A stretch of 64,000 bases of DNA from Paraspadella gotoi (Eukaryota > Animalia > Chaetognatha), in the NCBI GenBank assembly GCA_051294375.1, contig CM119263.1, positions 6,110,932 to 6,174,931 on the forward strand, in the 5' to 3' direction. The notes below the pieces were generated by a model. It searched no databases. It was not told where the DNA came from and saw only the letters and a list, made by a program, of their open reading frames with translations. This document shows, piece by piece, positions 59,451 to 64,000 of the stretch. The translations under genes were made by a program, and so were the position numbers. The stretch's first letter is position 1, and each line of letters starts with the position of its first letter.

Positions 59451-61789
59451 TATTGTCTCTTCAGTATGGTATTAAAATTTAAGTCTCTCCACTTATTCGA
59501 CATGATCACCTGTAATGTGGATTCCTTTGTTGTTTGTTCGTGAGCAAGTGTTTGTTTCCATGCCAGGATATGGTAAATAATGCTCTCGAAGAAGGTCGCT
59601 CAGTCTTCCGTTTTTCTTCACTTCGGTTAAAAAACTGAACAAAATATTAATAGTATTGAGAGGCCTGTGAGAGATAGATTTAGAATAATACTATACTAAT
59701 ATACTAATATAATATACCCTGCTTTTTCTGAAATAATTTTAAATAATCATTTCCATTCAAACATATGTTTTTATCTCGCCAGACGGGCCCGTCTTGGGCA
59801 AGATGTTGGTTCAGTTCTGCTTCTTTGTGCCGTCATCATCGTCGTTGTTGTCACGCTTTTTCACATTTGGCAATTGTAAAAGTATGTAACCAAAGGAAGC
59901 AAAAAATTTAGATATGGCTTCTCATCAAGATCTTTGAAATTGTTATGTTTCATATCAATACTCGTATTTGTTTGTTTTATTTACAAAATAATTTTTATAT
60001 GAAAACTATTACAATTTATAATTACATTTATTATTATAATAATTTATATATCGCTCTTTCTATCTTTTAATTATATGTCGTTTTCTTTTTTTTCCGTTAC
60101 TGCCTTTTCTGATTCGTCTAAAAACGAGTTCAGCTCTGTAGCGGCTGGACTTCTCTTTCTCTCTCTTTTTCTTTCTTTCTTTCTCTTTCTCCCTCTTTCT
60201 CTCTTTTTCTACCTCTTTTTCTCTCACTTATAAACTCATTTGTTGGTTTTATTTATGATGATTAGGGTAGCCGCACTCAATCGGGTGAGTCAAAAATTTA
60301 AAGTACATGCTCAAAAAAAAATTTATACATTGAGTATACTTTCAATGGACAAAAAAAAATATTTTTTTAATATTTATTTATAGATAGGAAAAGCCAAAAA
60401 TGTTTTTTTTTTAAATTTGAAGATCAGATTCAGATAGCTCATAAAAAGTTGTCTACACAAAGTATAACTATTTTTTAAATCTTTTTATGATAAGTAGTAG
60501 TAGTAATAAAAATTGTTAGTACTAAAGGCTGATAAAGACTCGCACAACAGAGTAGAAATGTGTCTTGTTTTAATAAAATTATTGTAATATATAACAAAAT
60601 AAATTTTTTTTGTTGCTATTCCCAAAAACAATAAAAAGAGAGAAAATAACAAAATGATAAGTAAGTCAAAAATTAAAAAAACTATAAAAAATCATCATCT
60701 TTCGATGATTTTATCAGTTTTTTAAAATTTTTATTTAAAAAAAATAAAAAAAATTTAAAGGCTATAATTATATAGGTTTTATTTAGGATTTAAAAAAAAA
60801 ATTTTTTTAATATGACGCGATGTACAGTCTCGTAGAATAAACTATGCAGTTAAAAAAAATTTCATTATTGAATTTTTCATTTTTTATTGTTTTCTCATCC
60901 TAGGTCATTACTCCGTGAATGTTATGTATAAAAATTAATGCAAAATCTTTAATGCTCTCAAGATACAGTTAAATACATAAATGCCGTCAGAATTCAAACT
61001 AAAAAGAAGATTGGTTTATTCTATAATGTGGGAACAACATATCTCTTAAAAACAATGCAGTCAGAATCTCCTTTGTTTAAGCTGTCGTTTGATATCAAAA
61101 ACTTTAAAACATTTGTCTGTCCATCTGTCTGTCTGTCCGTCTTTTCTCCCATACCTTTAAAGTCTTATTACTTATGTTTGGATAAATCAATTGAGTTGAA
61201 ATTTTGTCCGTGATTAAAAAACTGGTTCATTGAGATGGAATTCAAATTTCAACGGAATCAGGCTAGTGGAAGTAAGTTTAATTAGAAAAAGTAAAGATCA
61301 ATTTTAGTTTATTAATTTAATTTGTATTTTTATCATCGCACATAAATGGCTTCGTCATCGTTGTTGTTGGCGTTGTTGTCGAGGTCCTTGAAATTGGGTG
61401 AGGACAGTTATTAAATATGTTTTGTTTACGTTTTATCAAAATAAACAAATTTCCTCATTTTATCTATATCTCTCTCCTCTATTCTCTTTTAATTACATAT
61501 AGCTATCTCTCTCTCTCTTCGCTGATCAGTTTATTTGTCAATGAAAAAGTTTTCTCCTGCTGCTACTGCTGATTCGTCCGAAAACGATTTGGCCTCTCTT
61601 TCTCTCAACATCAGGTTTTTATTTCGTTCTTTTTCTCGTCACTCTTTTTATTTTTTCCGTCGGATTGCTTTCAGCAGATCCCGACTTTATAATTTACTTT
61701 GTCGGTCCGTCGGTCCGCCCCCTCAATCTTGACGGGCATTCACTTATATCATGTCAGAACATCAAATTATGATAAATTATAAAAAAAAA

Positions 61790-62112
61790 ACGATGTCCGT
61801 CCGTCCGTCCCACCTTAACAAAAAATACAAATTACTCGTGATTGGATGGATGGATTGGAATGATATTTTGTGTGTGGGTAGGGAAGTGTGTGCTTGAGCT
61901 GGTTATGAAGTTTTGATGGAATCGTCCGAGTGGAAATGAGTTTTAATGGAAAAAACAAAAAATATCTTTCACTATTTGAACACCAATTACTCATGAGTGG
62001 ATGGGGAGCTTGACCTGAAATTTTGTATGTGGGTAGGAAAGTGTGTGATTAAACTGGAAATCAAGTTTCGATGAATCGTTTGAGTGGAAATGAGTTTAAA
62101 TGGAAAAAAAAA
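61790..62112. mobile_element. Non-autonomous element with (GTCC)n microsatellite and two ~155-bp diverged tandem units (Helentron-associated/DINE-like); related fragment at ~61110-61290
   Basis: The unit aattactc.tga.tggatgg...ttttgt.tgtgggtagg.aagtgtgtg...gagtggaaatgagttt.aatggaaaaaa occurs twice (61829-61955, 61985-62110) after gtccgtccgtccgtcc. Confidence 0.6.
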
Positions 62113-62136
62113 AGAACCTGTTTTACTAATTGATTG

Positions 62137-62827
62137 TGTGGATAAGGCGCTACGTGGGCTGAAGATGACTGTCCGTAACTTCTATAACCCCCTCTAGCAG
62201 CCATGGAACGGGTCCCTGGGCTTGGAACCAGGCTTGAGGGTTTGCCATGCCCCCAAGGCGGCTTACGGCCGTCTCACGCTTCCCGCAGAGTAGGTACGGT
62301 GTTGGGATTGAACCCGGTACCTAGTGGTCATGAGCTGATGGCTTTACTCAATGAGCCACCGGGTCACAACTGAAAGCGTCATGTTTCTAGGCGGGGTGAA
62401 CCTAGGCAATGCCCGACTACATGCCCCCCAGATTGTAACCCACCCTGCACTGCTTCCAGTGTAGGGAGGGGAGCAATCTTCAGCTAGACCAAGGGCCTGG
62501 AATCAGAAGGTTGGAATACGCTCGCAGGATGGGCTCACCAGTGTGGATAAGGCGCTACGTGGGCTGAAGATGACTGTCCGTAACTTCTATAACCCCCTCT
62601 AGCAGCCATGGAACGGGTCCCTGGGCTTGGAACCAGGCTTGAGGGTTTGCCATGCCCCCAAGGCGGCTTACGGCCGTCCTCACGCTTCCCGCAGAGTAGG
62701 TACCGTGTTGGGATTGAACCCGGTACCTAGTGGTCATGAGCTGATGGTTTTACTCAATGAGCCACCGGGTCACAACTGAAAGCGTCATGTTTCTAGGCGG
62801 GGTGAACCTAGGCAATGCCCGACTACA
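62137..62827 (-). mobile_element. TRIM (miniature non-autonomous LTR retrotransposon) with tRNA-like sequence in both LTRs
   Basis: Direct repeats 62137-62421 and 62542-62827 (TG...CA ends, 3 differences seen) flank a 120-bp internal region. On the minus strand, a PBS-like TGGTGAGCCC starts 1 nt after the 5' LTR and GGGGGGCA lies just before the 3' LTR. Confidence 0.78.
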
Positions 62828-62864
62828 TATGCTTCTTTTTCTTTTTATTTAAATGTAAATTCAA

Positions 62865-63225
62865 GATGAATTAATTAATAAAATTATTAATCAGTTAATT
62901 AATCAATTAGTCAATTAATTTATCAATTATTAATTAATCAGTCAATCAAATTAATTAATTAATTGCCTAATTAATTAAATAATTAACTTGAATAAATTAA
63001 TTATTAAATAATTAAATAATTAATAAACTTGAATTAATTATTAATTAATTAATGACCATGGGCAGATCCGACTTGAAATACAAGATGTTTTAATTAATCA
63101 AAATAATTAATCATTAATTAATCAATTAATAATTAATAATTAATTAATCAGTCAATTAATCAATTTATTGTTCAATAAATCAATTTATTTATCTATTAAT
63201 TAATTATTTAATCAATCAATCAAGT
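62865..63225. repeat. (ATTA/ATCA)n low-complexity tract; similar tract at ~23900-24370
   Basis: Imperfect taattaat/tcaatcaa arrays visible directly. Confidence 0.85.
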
Positions 63226-64000
63226 CACATTCAATATCTTTCTTATCTGATGTCTCCTGGTTACGAAAAAAAAATATTTGTGGTAGCCTCGAACGTGCAA
63301 CCTTCGCATCTTAAACAACAATCAGAATTCTCTCTCTACTTTTGCTTTGGCTCTTTTGCTCTCACTCTTTCTCTGTCGCTTTTTCTTTGTTTCTGCATCA
63401 ATTTCAGAACTTTTGCTCACTTACTCAGCCTTGTTTGGTCATAAACATGTCCAAATTCACCTTTCCATTTCTTTTGTTAATATTGACAATAATTATCATT
63501 TCTATAATTATAGTCTTTGATACATTAAAAAATAATTCTTTTCAATGTTAAAGGAGGAAAAAAACTTATTAATTTTTTTTAATATAAAAAATATTACAGT
63601 ATTATTATTAAAAGTAATGATTCATAAAAATTAATAGCAAATGATCACAATAACATAAGATAAGAAAAACTGTCCTCCATATCCCCCTTGAATACTTATG
63701 GAAAACATAATAGAAAAAAAAATTAAAAAAAAACTTTTTCAGACCATGCTCACGAAGAATTATAATTTTGCATAAAAAATAAATAAATCAAAAAAATAAA
63801 AACATCAGATTGTGACAAAATCGATTGGGAAAAATCTGATTTTTTTCAAAATGCAAAATTATTTCTCAAGTTCCTTATTTATAATTCTCCATGAGACAAA
63901 TGTTTTTTTCTAAAATTTAAATATTCAACTTTTTATTAATTAAAAATCATTTTAGTATACTAACTTTAAAATATTTTATAAAAATTTATACCTAAAGTTC

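Overview
Window from a draft animal (invertebrate) nuclear genome: AT-rich introns, GC-rich exons, dense (CT)n/(GAC)n/(AAT)n microsatellites and five N gaps. The first ~16 kb has no recognisable coding exons and contains SINE/MITE remnants. Gene models were rebuilt by hand from splice sites and reading phase. They are: a 10-exon Hmx/NK5 homeobox gene (+); a 5-exon secreted Ig-domain/mucin-stalk/putative GPI-anchored protein (-); an orphan acidic ORF (-); a two-pore K+ channel (-); and an intronless DUF229 gene (-) lying head-to-head with O-GlcNAcase (+). A tight same-strand run follows: SLC35D nucleotide-sugar transporter, INO80C and the 5' part of lst2/ZFYVE28. An intronless intersectin gene lies downstream of the lst2 exon-4 donor, apparently inside that intron. 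The strongest leads are: (1) the one oversized OGA intron, at the position retained in the human short OGA isoform, with an in-frame cassette exon and a candidate poison exon; (2) the nested intronless intersectin; (3) a young TRIM-like LTR element with a tRNA-like Pol III promoter in its LTRs; (4) a possible polycistronic SLC35D-INO80C-lst2 unit; (5) a minimal hammerhead ribozyme motif; and (6) an unexplained structured GC-rich island in a K2P intron. Family assignments come from motif recognition only; no database search was run.
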